From NCBI RefSeq assembly GCF_029504745.1, contig NZ_JAQFIQ010000028.1:369-32368 (forward strand): DNA of 32,000 nucleotides, in the 5' to 3' direction. The notes under the pieces are model-generated. The model worked only from the letters and a program-made list of their open reading frames with translations. It was not told the origin of the DNA and made no database searches. The DNA is from Breznakia sp. PF5-3 (GTDB lineage Bacteria; Bacillota_I; Bacilli_A; Erysipelotrichales; Erysipelotrichaceae). The position numbers and the translations under genes were made by a program. Positions 8,153 to 20,800 of the stretch are shown piece by piece; position 1 is the stretch's first letter; each line of letters starts with the position of its first letter.

Positions 8153-8179
8153 GTCGCGCAAGTCCTAAAAAAGGTTTTC
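8153..8179 (-). promoter_or_regulatory. ECF-type promoter P3 (GAAAAC-N17-CGAC) upstream of the secreted-protein gene
   Basis: Minus strand: GAAAAC cttttttaggacttgcg CGAC atac, 63 nt before the ATG at 8089. It shares GACTT..GCGwC.TAC with P1/P2, but the -35 is weaker (AAAC instead of GAAC). It lies inside the TTG-started N-terminal extension of the track ORF. Confidence 0.45.
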
Positions 8180-8267
8180 TTTTTTCTAAAAAAAGTTGTT
8201 TTTTTCATAATTGTTGAACACCTAGTACATATATTAATTTATCATGTTTTCTTTTTTCTTCTTATCG

Positions 8268-8304
8268 ATAAAAAGCAGGTATAAAATATATCATTTATAC
8301 CTGC
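8268..8304 (-). terminator. Intrinsic terminator after the lipoprotein gene
   Basis: Minus strand: GCAGGTATAAAtgatatatTTTATACCTGC followed by TTTTTAT. Confidence 0.8.
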
Positions 8305-8320
8305 ATTCATTTATAGCTAT

Positions 8321-8776
8321 TTATTCAATTTTTCCACAACTATATTCTTCTGCCTCTAATTCTTTTACTAGCTTTTTGATGTTTTTATATTCTTTTATTC
8401 CTAATTCTTTAACATCACCTTCACTTGCTTTACTTGGATCAATTTCTATTTTCACTGATAATTTCTTTTTCTTCTTATCAACTGAAATATCAAATTCTAA
8501 CCCTTTTTGCTTTTTGTTTGGATTTATATAGTCATTCTTATAAAGTTCTTCTAACTCTTCAATTTCATAATCTTCGAACAAGTAATCTGCTAATGCAGCC
8601 TCTCTTGTCACGATAATTTTTTCTACTTTTTTATCACCATCGTATGTAGCTGTTACTTCGTCTACAATTTCTGATGATCCATAATCCAATTTACAAGTTA
8701 CTTCTTTCGCTTTGCTTTCGCCTCCGCATCCTGCTAATACTAGTATTAGACTAAATATCATTACTACTTTTTTCAT
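8321..8776 (-). CDS. Small lipoprotein (151 aa), function unknown
   Basis: MKKVVMIFSLILVLAGC|GG has a canonical lipobox (LAGC). The mature part is Lys/Glu-rich. GGAGG SD upstream. Confidence 0.75.
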   Translation of the reverse strand: MKKVVMIFSLILVLAGCGGESKAKEVTCKLDYGSSEIVDEVTATYDGDKKVEKIIVTREAALADYLFEDYEIEELEELYKNDYINPNKKQKGLEFDISVDKKKKKLSVKIEIDPSKASEGDVKELGIKEYKNIKKLVKELEAEEYSCGKIE

Positions 8777-8841
8777 CTATAAGCCTCCTTCGCTTCATCT
8801 GATGTTATTTTCCTTCCCATAATTTATCATCATTAGGAAGC

Positions 8842-8866
8842 AAAGGAATATCTAAGATATTCCTTT
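8842..8866 (-). terminator. Stem-loop just downstream of the giant adhesin gene (possible weak or partial terminator)
   Basis: AAAGGAATATC-taa-GATATTCCTTT is an 11-bp perfect stem. On the minus strand it is followed by only TTTGCTT, so termination may be leaky into the lipoprotein gene. Confidence 0.5.
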
Positions 8867-8877
8867 CACTCTTATTA

Positions 8878-11800
8878 CTATTCTTCCTCTTCTTTTTTTC
8901 TTTTCACTAAGTAAATCACACTCATAAACGATATGATTCCCATTGCGAATAAACTATTTAAATTCGTATCATCACCTGTTGTTACAGCTGTACTTGGTTT
9001 TGATACAGTTGGAGGTGTTACAGATGGTTTTCTTCCTGGTGTTACAGTCACCTTAATCACTGTTGCATATTCTACACCTTCATGTTCAACACTCAACTTC
9101 ACATCGTATACTCCACCAAGAATTGTACTTCCCTTAACTACTCTTAAGTGTTCTTGGTGTACAGCTATCGATTCTTTTGTTGGTGCCAATGCCCTAGTTT
9201 TTGAATTTATGATTACATCTGCTTCTGACAATTCTAATACTTTTGCTTCATTCATGTTTGATGCTTCAGCATGTGAAATTGTGAAATCTTTCGCTGTAAT
9301 ATCTAGAGCTGTTTTCGTTACATTTACATTCACTGTAACTTTTGTTGTTGGTTCTTTCACTACATGGAATGTTACTTGATATACACCAGCTTCTCCTATT
9401 ACATTATGACTCTCTACTTCAACTTTTGCGCTTGAAAGATCTTTCTTCAACCATGCCTCTGCTTCTGTTAAAGCAATCAATTGATCATTTGTAATTGTTT
9501 CTGCTGTGTGTGAGTTTATTGTAATATGGTTTGCCCCAATATAATATTTATCACCTTTCACAATCACATCTTTTGCTTTTACCTTAATTTTAATAGTTGC
9601 TTTTGTATCTTTTTCTTCATCCACATAGAATGTTGCTGTGTAATCACCTTCAGCCGCCTTAAAGTCTGTTGTTTCCAACTTCACTGTTCCTGCACTCATA
9701 TCTTTACGTTTGAATGCTTCCGCTTTTGATAACTCAATTAATTTTGTATTGTCACTAATTGCTTCTGCTTCTGCTAGTGTCATCACTAAATTGTTGGCAA
9801 CAATTGTATATTCATCTCCGTGTTCGATAACATTTCCATCTTTTACTTTGATTTTGATTGTTGCTTTTGTATCTTTTTCTTCATCCACATAGAATGTTGC
9901 TGTGTAGTCACCTTCAGCGGCCTTGAAGTTTGTTGTTTCAAGTTTTACAGTTCCAGCACTCATATCTTTACGTTTGAATGCTTCTGCTTTTGATAATTTA
10001 ATTAACTCATTGTTATTTTTAATTGCTTCAGCTTCTTCCAATGTCATTACTAAATTGTTAGCTCCGATTGTGTATTCATCTCCGTGCTCAATTACATCTT
10101 TATCGATTACTTTGATTTTAATCGTTGCTTTTGTTGCTTTTTCTTCATCTACATAGAACGTTGCTGTATAGTCACCCTTAGCCGCCTTGAAGTTTGTTGT
10201 TTCCAACTTCACTGTTCCAGCACTCATATCTTTGCGCTTGAATGCTTCTGCTTTTGATAACTCAATTAATTTCGTATTGTCACTAATCGCTTTCGCTTCA
10301 TCTAGTGTCATTACTAAGTTGTTTGCTCCGATTGTGTATTCATCTCCGTGCTCGATTACATCTTTATCGATTACTTTGATTTTAATCGTTGCTTTTGTTG
10401 CTTTTTCTTCATCTACATAGAATGTTGCTGTGTAGTCACCTTTCGCTGCTGTAAAGTTTGTTGTTTCAAGTTTTACTGTTCCAGCACTCATATCATCACG
10501 ATTAATTGCTACAGCTTTTGATAACTCAATTAATTTCGTATTGTCAGTGATTGCTTTTGCTTCATCTAATGTCATTACTAAGTTGTTTGCTCCGATTGTA
10601 TACTTATCTCCATGTTCGATTACATCTTTATCGATTACTTTGATTTTAATCGTTGCTTTTGTATCTTTTTCTTCATCTACATAGAATGTCGCTGTATAGT
10701 TACCTTTCGCTGCTGTAAAGTTTGTTGTTTCCAGCTTCACTGTTCCCACACTCATATCTTTACGTTTGAATGCTTCTGCTTTTGATAACTCAATCAGTTT
10801 TGTATTGTCACTAATTGCTTTCGCTTCATCTAGTGTCATTACTAAGTTGTTTGCAACTAGTGTATATTTATCTCCGTGTTCAATTACATTTCCATCTTTT
10901 ACTTTGATCTTAATAGTCACTTTCGTTGCTTTTTCTTCATCTACATAGAATGTTGCTGTATAGTCACCCTTAGCTGCTGTAAAGTCTGTTGTTTCAAGTT
11001 TTACTGTTCCTGCACTCATATCTTTACGTTTGAATGCTTCTGCTTTTGATAACTCAATCAGTTTCGTATTGTCACTAATTGCTTTCGCTTCATCTAGTGT
11101 CATTACTAAGTTGTTTGCTCCAATTGTATACTTATCTCCGTGTTCGATTACATCTTTATCGATTACTTTGATTTTTACTGTTACTTTCGTTGCTTTTTCT
11201 TCATCTACATAGAATGTTGCTGTGTAATCACCCTTAGCTGCTGTAAAGTTTGTTGTTTCAAGTTTTACTGTTCCTTTGCTTAGGTCTTCTAACTTCCATG
11301 CTTCTGCTTTCGCTTTTTTAACTAACTCACTGTTGTCTGTCATCGCTTTCGCTTCATCGACTGTCATTACAATGTTGCTAGCTACTAGTGTATACTTGTC
11401 GCCTTCTTTGATTACATCGCCATCTACTACTTTCGCGATTGCTTTCACTTCATCTTTTGGATCCGTTGCTGCTTTCACTTTGATAACTACTTCGTAATCT
11501 TTGACTTCTGCTTTATATCCACCATTGTCTTTCACCATCAAGTCTGCACTTGGTACTGGCAATCCTGTTGCGATTGACCATGCTTTTGCTTCTGTCTTTT
11601 CTAAGATTTCAGCGTCTGTTCCGGTTACATCATCTTTCAAGATTACATAGTTATGTAAGTCATATGCATAATCTTTTCCTACATACAATCCTACTGCTAC
11701 TACTCTTGATTTCTTAACTGTATTGTAGTCACTGTCAGTTACACTGTATTCTACTACATACATTCCTTTTTTCGATGTATCTACAGTTCCTGTTGATATT

Positions 11801-14800
11801 ACTTTACTTGTAATATCTTTATCTTCTTCATCGTATGCACTAACTCCATGTTTGTAGTCATATGCATCCCCAATATTTAAACTCATGAATTCTGGATTCA
11901 CTGTTAATACTGGCGCATTTCCGTTCACTACTTTTACAGCTACACGAACTTCTGTTGCTGGTTCTTCTGCTACATAGAATGTAACATAGTATGTTCCTAC
12001 GGTTCCTTCAACATTGTGTGTTTTCACTTTTACTGTTCCTGCACTCATGTCTTTACGTTTGAACGCTTCTGCTTTTGTAAGATCAATCAATTGATCATTA
12101 GTAATACTTTCGGCAACACTTCTTGTGATTTCAATGTTGTTAGCTCCGATTGTATACTTATCTCCATGTTCGATTACATCTTTATCGATTACTTTGATTT
12201 TAATCGTTGCTTTTGTATCTTTTTCTTCATCTACATAGAATGTCGCTGTGTAGTCACCTTTTGCTGCTGTAAAGTTTGTTGTTTCAAGTTTTACTGTTCC
12301 TGCACTCATATCATCACGATTAATTGCTACAGCTTTTGATAACTCAATCAGTTTTGTGTTGTCAGTGATTGCTTTCGCTTCATCGACTGTCATTACTAAG
12401 TTGTTAGCTCCGATTGTATACTTATCTCCGTGTTCGATTACATCTTTATCGATTACTTTGATTTTAATCGCTGCTTTCGTTGCTTTTTCTTCATCTACAT
12501 AGAATGTTGCTGTGTAGTCTCCATTAGCTGCCTTGAAGTTTGTTGTTTCAAGTTTTACTGTTCCCACACTCATATCTTTACGTTTGAATGCTTCTGCTTT
12601 CGATAACTCAATCAGTTTTGTATTGTCACTAACCGCTTTCGCTTCATCTAGTGTCATTACTAAGTTGTTGGCAACGATTGTATATTCATCTCCATGTTCA
12701 ATGACATTTCCATCTTTTACTTTGATCTTAATTGTTACTTTCGTCGCTTTTTCTTCATCCACATAGAATGTTGCTGTGTAGTCACCTTCTGCTGCCTTGA
12801 AGTTTGTTGTTTCAAGCTTTACTGTTCCTGCACTCATATCTTTACGTTTGAATGCTTCTGCTTTCGATAACTCAATCAGTTTTGTATTGTCACTAACCGC
12901 TTTCGCTTCATCTAGTGTCATTACTAAGTTGTTTGCTCCGATTGTATACTTATCTCCATGTTCGATTACATCTTTATCGATTACTTTGATTTTTACTGTT
13001 ACTTTCGTTGCTTTTTCTTCATCCACATAGAATGTTGCTGTATAGTCTCCCTTAGCTGCTGTAAAGTTTGTTGTTTCAAGTTTTACTGTTCCTTTGCTTA
13101 GGTCTTCTAACTTCCATGCTTCCGCTTTCGATAACTCAATCAGTTTTGTATTGTCACTAACCGCTTTCGCTTCATCGACTGTCATTACAATGTTGCTAGC
13201 TACTAGTGTATACTTGTCTCCTTCTTTGATTACATCGCCATCTACTACTTTTGCGATTGCTTTCACTTCATCTTTTGGATCCGTTGCCGCTTTCACTTTG
13301 ATAACTACTTCATAATCTTTGACTTCTGCCTTGTATCCACCATTGTCTTTCACCATCAAGTCTGCACTTGGTACTGGCAATCCTGTTGCGATTGACCATG
13401 CTTTTGCTTCTGTCTTTTCTAAGATTTCTGCATCTGTTCCTGTTACATCATCTTTCAAGATTACATAGTTGTGTAAATCATATGCATAATCTTTTCCTAC
13501 ATACAATCCTACTGCTACTACTCTTGATTTTTTAACTGTATTGTAGTCACTGTCAGTTACACTGTATTCTACTACATACATTCCTTTTTTCGATGTATCA
13601 ACAGTTCCTGTTGATATTACTTTACTTGTAATATCTTTATCTTCTTCATCATATGCACTAACTCCATGTTTGTAGTCATATGTATCTCCAATATTTAAAC
13701 TCATGAATTCTGGATTCACTGTTAATACTGGTGCATTTCCGTTCACTACTTTTACAGATACACGAACTTCTGTTGCTGGTTCTTCTGCTACATAGAATGT
13801 AACATAGTATGTTCCTACGGTTCCTTCAACATTGTGTGTTTTCACTTTTACTGTTCCTACACTCATGTCTTTACGTTTGAACGCTTCTGCTTTTGTAAGA
13901 TCAATCAATTGATCATTAGTAATACTTTCAGCTACACTTCTTGTAATTTCAATGTTGTTTGCTCCGATTGTATACTTATCTCCGTGCTCGATTACATCTT
14001 TATCGATTACTTTAATTTTAATCGTTGCTTTCGTTGCTTTTTCTTCATCTACATAGAATGTCGCTGTGTAGTCACCCTTAGCTGCTGTAAAGTTTGTTGT
14101 TTCAAGCTTTACTGTTCCTGCACTCATGTCTTTACGTTTGAATGCTTCTGCTTTTGATAACTCAATCAGTTTTGTGTTGTCACTAATTGCTTTCGCTTCA
14201 TCTAGTGTCATTACTAAGTTGTTTGCTCCGATTGTATACTTATCTCCGTGTTCGATTACATCTTTATCGATTACTTTGATTTTAATCGTTGCTTTTGTTG
14301 CTTTTTCTTCATCTACATAGAATGTTGCTGTATAGTCACCCTTAGCTGCGGCAAAGTTTGTTGTTTCAAGTTTTACTGTTCCTTTGCTTAGGTCTTCTAA
14401 CTTCCATGCTTCTGCTTTCGCTTTGCCTACTAACTCACTGTTGTCTGTCATCGCTTTCGCTTCATCGACTGTCATTACAATGTTGCTAGCTACTAGTGTA
14501 TACTTGTCACCTTCTTTGATTACATCGCCATCTACTACTTTCGCAATTGCTTTCACTTCATCTTTTGGATCTGTTGCTGCTTTTGCTTTGATAACTACTT
14601 CGTAATCTTTGACTTCTGCTTTATATCCACCATTGTCTTTTACCATGATTTCCGATTGTGCAAGTTTTAAACCTGTTTTCGTTGACCATGCTTCTACTTC
14701 TGTCTTTTCTAAGATTTCTGCGTCTGTTCCTGTTACATCATCTTTCAAGATTACATAGTTGTGTAAATCATATGCATAATCTTTTCCTACATACAATCCT

Positions 14801-17800
14801 ACTGCTACTACTCTTGATTTTTTAACTATATTGTAGTCACTGTCAGTTACACTGTATTCTACTACATACATTCCTTTTTTCGATGTATCTACAGTTCCTG
14901 TTGATATTACTTTACTTGTAATATCTTTATCTTCTTCATCGTATGCACTAACTCCATATTTGTAGTCATATGCATCTCCAATATTTAAACTCATGAATTC
15001 TGGATTCACTGTTAATACTGGTGCATTTCCATTAATTACAGTTACTTTAACTTTTACAGTTGTTGATGGATTTTCTTTCACTTGGAAAATAGCATAGTAT
15101 GAAGTTGAAGTGGTATCAGTTCCGATATTTGCTTCTTTTACTTCTACTGCTACTGTACTAAAGTCTTTTACTTTCCATCCTTCTGCATTACCCCAATCAA
15201 TTAAATTATTATTTGTATAATTTTCTGCTTGGCTTCTTGTAATTGTAATGTTATTTGCTCCAATTGCATAATGTTCTTCTGATGTTAATTCATCTTTTTT
15301 CATTACTTTAATTGTAATTGTTGCTTTTGTTGCTTTTTCTTCATCCACATAGAATGTTGCTGTATAAGTACCTTCAGCTGCCTTGAAATCTGTTGTTTCA
15401 AGTTTTACTGTTCCAGCACTCATATCATCACGATTAATTGCTACAGCTTTTGATAACTCAATCAGCTTCGTATTGTCAGTGATTGCTTTCGCTTGCTCAA
15501 CATTCATTACTAAGTTATTAGCTCCGATTGTATATTTGCTTCCTGTTTCAATCACATGCTTATCGATTACTTTGATTTTAATCGTTGCTTTCGTTGCTTT
15601 TTCTTCATCTACATAGAATGTCGCTGTGTAGTCACCCTTAGCTGCTGTAAAGTTTGTTGTTTCAAGCTTTACTGTTCCTGCACTCATGTCTTTACGTTTG
15701 AATGCTTCTGCTTTTGATAACTCAATCAGTTTTGTATTGTCACTAATTGCTTTCGCTTCATCTAGTGTCATTACTAAGTTGTTTGCAACTAGTGTATATT
15801 TATCTCCGTGTTCAATGACATTTCCATCTTTTACTTTGATCTTAATCGTTACTTTCGTCGCTTTTTCTTCATCCACATAGAATGTTGCTGTGTAGTCACC
15901 TTCTGCTGCCTTGAAGTTTGTTGTTTCAAGTTTTACTGTTCCAGCACTCATATCTTTACGTTTGAATGCTTCTGCTTTTGATAACTCAATCAGTTTCGTA
16001 TTGTCACTAATTGCTTTCGCTTCATCTAGTGTCATTACTAAGTTGTTTGCTCCAATTGTATACTTATCTCCGTGTTCGATTACATCTTTATCAATTACTT
16101 TGATTTTTACTGTTACTTTCGTTGCTTTTTCTTCATCTACATAGAATGTTGCTGTATAGTCTCCCTTAGCTGCTGTAAAGTTTGTTGTTTCAAGTTTTAC
16201 TGTTCCTTTGCTTAGGTCTTCTAACTTCCATGCTTCTGCTTTCGCTTTTTTAACTAACTCACTGTTGTCTGTCATCGCTTTCGCTTCATCGACTGTCATT
16301 ACAATGTTGCTAGCTACTAGTGTATACTTGTCGCCTTCTTTGATTACATCGCCATCTACTACTTTCGCGATTGCTTTCACTTCATCTTTTGGATCCGTTG
16401 CCGCTTTCACTTTGATAACTACTTCATAATCTTTGACTTCTGCTTTATATCCACCATTGTCTTTCACCATCAAGTCTGCACTTGGTATTGGCAGTCCTGT
16501 TGCGATTGACCATGCTTTTGCTTCTGTCTTTTCTAAGATTTCAGCATCTGTTCCGGTTACATCATCTTTCAAGATTACATAGTTATGTAAGTCATATGCA
16601 TAATCTTTTCCTACATACAATCCTACTGCTACTACTCTTGATTTCTTAACTGTATTGTAGTCACTGTCAGTTACACTGTATTCTACTACATACATTCCTT
16701 TTTTCGATGTATCTACAGTTCCTGTTGATATTACTTTACTTGTAATATCCTTATCTTCTTCATCGTATGCACTAACTCCATGTTTGTAGTCATATACATC
16801 CCCAATATTTAAACTCATGAATTCTGGATTCACTGTTAATACTGGCGCATTTCCGTTCACTACTTTTACAGCTACACGAACTTCTGTTGCTGGTTCTTCT
16901 GCTACATAGAATGTAACATAGTATGTTCCTACGGTTCCTTCAACATTGTGTGTTTTCACTTTTACAGTTCCTGCACTCATGTCTTTACGTTTGAACGCTT
17001 CTGCTTTTGTAAGATCAATCAATTGATCATTAGTAATACTTTCGGCAACACTTCTTGTGATTTCAATGTTGTTTGCTCCGATTGTATACTTATCTCCATG
17101 TTCGATTACATCTTTATCGATTACTTTGATTTTTACTGTTACTTTCGTTGCTTTTTCTTCATCCACATAGAATGTCGCTGTGTAGTCACCTTTCGCTGCT
17201 GTAAAGTTTGTTGTTTCAAGTTTTACTGTTCCTGCACTCATATCTTTACGTTTGAATGCTTCTGCTTTCGATAACTCAATCAGTTTCGTATTGTCACTAA
17301 TTGCTTTCGCTTCATCTAGTGTCATTACTAAGTTATTTGCTCCGATTGTGTATTCATCTCCGTGTTCGATTACATCTTTATCGATTACTTTGATTTTAAT
17401 CGTTGCCTTTGTTGCTTTTTCTTCATCTACATAGAATGTCGCTGTGTAGTCACCTTTCGCTGCTGTAAAGTTTGTTGCTTCAAGTTTTACTGTTCCTGCA
17501 CTCATGTCTTTACGTTTGAATGCTTCTGCTTTTGATAACTCAATTAATTTCGTATTGTCACTAACCGCTTTCGCTTCATCTAGTGTCATTACTAAGTTGT
17601 TAGCTCCGATTGTATACTTATCTCCGTGTTCGATTACATCTTTATCGATTACTTTGATTTTTACTGTTACTTTCGTTGCTTTTTCTTCATCCACATAGAA
17701 TGTTGCTGTGTAGTCTCCCTTAGCTGCTGTAAAGTTTGTTGTTTCAAGTTTTACTGTTCCTTTGCTTAGGTCTTCTAACTTCCATGCTTCTGCTTTCGCT

Positions 17801-20800
17801 TTTTTAACTAACTCATTGTTGTCTGTCATCGCTTTCGCTTCATCGACTGTCATTACAATGTTGCTAGCTACTAGTGTATACTTGTCGCCTTCTTTGATTA
17901 CATCGCCATCTACTACTTTCGCAATTGCTTTCACTTCATCTTTTGGATCTGTTGCTGCTTTTGCTTTGATAACTACTTCGTAATCTTTGACTTCTGCTTT
18001 ATATCCACCATTGTCTTTTACCATGATTTCCGATTGTGCAAGTTTTAAACCTGTTTTCGTTGACCATGCTTCTACTTCTGTCTTTTCTAAGATTTCAGCA
18101 TCTGTTCCGGTTACATCATCTTTCAAGATTACATAGTTATGTAAGTCATATGCATAATCTTTTCCTACATACAATCCTACTGCTACTACTCTTGATTTCT
18201 TAACTGTATTGTAGTCACTGTCAGTTACACTGTATTCTACTACATACATTCCTTTTTTCGATGTATCTACAGTTCCTGTTGATATTACTTTACTTGTAAT
18301 ATCTTTATCTTCTTCATCGTATGCACTAACTCCATGTTTGTAGTCATATGCATCCCCAATATTTAAACTCATGAATTCTGGATTCACTGTTAATACTGGT
18401 GCATTTCCATTAATTACAGTTACTTTAACTTTTACAGTTGTTGATGGATGTTCTTTCACTTGGTAAACAACATAATAATCTGTTGAAGTAGTATCAGTTC
18501 CAATATTCGCTTCTTTCACTTCTACTGCTACTGTACTAAAGTCTTTTACTTTCCATCCTTCTGCATTACCCCAATTAATTAAATTATCATTTGTATAATT
18601 TTCTGCTTGGCTTCTTGTAATTGTAATGTTATTTGCTCCAATTGCATAATGATCTTCTGATGTTAATTCATCTTTCTTCATTACTTTAATTGTAATTGTT
18701 GCTTTTGTATCTTTTTCTTCATCTACATAGAATGTTGCTGTATAAGTACCTTCTGCTGCTTTGAAATCTGTTGTTTCAAGTTTTACTGTTCCTGCACTCA
18801 TATCATCACGATTAATTGCTACAGCTTTTGATAACTCAATCAGTTTTGTGTTGTCAGTGATTGCTTTCGCTTGCTCAACATTCATCACTAAGTTATTAGC
18901 TCCGATTGTATATTTGCTACCTGTTTCAATCACATGCTTGTCGATTACTTTGATTTTAATCGTTGCTTTTGTTGCTTTTTCTTCATCTACATAGAATATC
19001 GCTGTATAGTCACCCTTAGCTGCTGTAAAGTTTGTTGTTTCAAGTTTTACTGTTCCTGCACTCATGTCTTTACGTTTGAATGCTTCTGCTTTTGATAACT
19101 CAATCAGTTTTGTATTGTCACTAATTGCTTTCGCTTCATCTAGTGTCATTACTAAGTTGTTTGCAACTAGTGTATATTTATCTCCGTGTTCAATGACATT
19201 TCCATCTTTTACTTTGATCTTAATAGTTACTTTCGTTGCTTTTTCTTCATCTACATAGAATGTTGCTGTGTAGTCACCTTCAGCTGCCTTGAAGTTTGTT
19301 GTTTCAAGTTTTACTGTTCCAGCACTCATATCTTTACGTTTGAATGCTTCTGCTTTTGATAACTCAATCAGTTTTGTATTGTCACTAATCGCTTTCGCTT
19401 CATCTAGTGTCATTACTAAGTTGTTTGCTCCGATTGTATACTTATCTCCGTGTTCGATTACATCTTTATCGATTACTTTGATTTTTACTGTTACTTTCGT
19501 TGCTTTTTCTTCATCCACATAGAATGTCGCTGTATAGTCTCCCTTAGCTGCTGTAAAGTTTGTTGTTTCAAGTTTTACTGTTCCTTTGCTTAGGTCTTCT
19601 AACTTCCATGCTTCTGCTTTCGCTTTTTTAACTAACTCACTGTTGTCTGTCATCGCTTTCGCTTCATCGACTGTCATTACAATGTTGCTAGCTACTAGTG
19701 TATACTTGTCGCCTTCTTTGATTACATCGCCATCTACTACTTTCGCGATTGCTTTCACTTCATCTTTTGGATCCGTTGCTGCTTTCACTTTGATAACTAC
19801 TTCGTAATCTTTGACTTCTGCTTTATATCCACCATTGTCTTTCACCATCAAGTCTGCACTTGGTATTGGCAGTCCTGTTGCGATTGACCATGCTTTTGCT
19901 TCTGTCTTTTCTAAGATTTCAGCATCTGTTCCGGTTACATCATCTTTCAAGATTACATAGTTATGTAAGTCATATGCATAATCTTTTCCTACATACAATC
20001 CTACTGCTACTACTCTTGATTTCTTAACTGTATTGTAGTCACTGTCAGTTACACTGTATTCTACTACATACATTCCTTTTTTCGATGTATCTACAGTTCC
20101 TGTTGATATTACTTTACTTGTAATATCTTTATCTTCTTCATCATATGCACTAACTCCATGTTTGTAGTCATATGCATCCCCAATATTTAAACTCATGAAT
20201 TCTGGATTCACTGTTAATACTGGTGCTTTTCCATTAATTACGTTTACATCTACCGTTGCTTTTACACTTGGATCTGCATCTACCTTGAAAGTCGCTTTAT
20301 ATAATGATGCAACTCCCTTTACAGTATGTGTATCTAAGGATACTGCTACTTCACTACGATCAGATCTCTTCCATCCTTTCGCACCTGTCAACGATTTTAA
20401 TTCTGTCGCTGCATATGTTGCATTATCTTCGATTTTCTTTGCTTCACCTAAGCGAATCTCAATATGGTTTGCTCCTATGATATATTCATCATTTACTTCT
20501 ACTACATCATATGGTAATACTTCAAAGGTTACTTCTTTTGTGATAGTTTCTTCTTTTCCTACACTAAAGACTACCTTATATTCTCCAGCTTCTGCTTTAT
20601 ATCCACCTTTTGATTTAACTTTTACAGGTGTTTCTGTACCTAAAGATGTATCGATTGCTTTCGCTTTCGCTAAATTAATAAAGTCTTGATCATCTACTAC
20701 TAATTTAGCATTATCTAACCCGATGATTACATCATTTGCACTAATCGTATATAACACTTTTTGAACAATCACTTTCGTTGCTGCTTTAAAAGTAGCATCG

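Larger units (their letters stand above)
9043..20766 (-). repeat. In-frame tandem coding repeats: 264-nt (88-aa) units grouped into six modules, each opened by an Ig-like (DUF5011-type) domain
   Basis: Antisense-ORF starts recur at 264-nt spacing (9923/10187, 10766/11030, 12533/12797). The marker catgaattctgg (codons E-F-M) recurs at 20194, 18370, 16816, 14992, 13702 and 11884, giving module lengths of 1824, 1554, 1824, 1290 and 1818 nt. Confidence 0.9.

Noticed and set aside
8090-8161. N-terminal extension of the 470-aa ORF (MRDILLIYVNKSKNTYESEGNEEI...)
   Set aside because: It starts at a TTG with no SD, and the signal peptide begins only at MMKRKMF (8089), which follows GAGGGA. The extension also overlaps the candidate promoter P3. 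I trimmed similar extensions for rubrerythrin (3195-3275), the LRR protein (26212-26259), perR (3589-3600) and the 402-aa protein (27392-27409).
9043-20766. Regularly spaced repeats that could superficially suggest a CRISPR array or a satellite
   Set aside because: The period is 264 nt with no short repeat/unique-spacer alternation. Everything is in frame within one ORF and translates to a coherent domain, and no cas genes are present.
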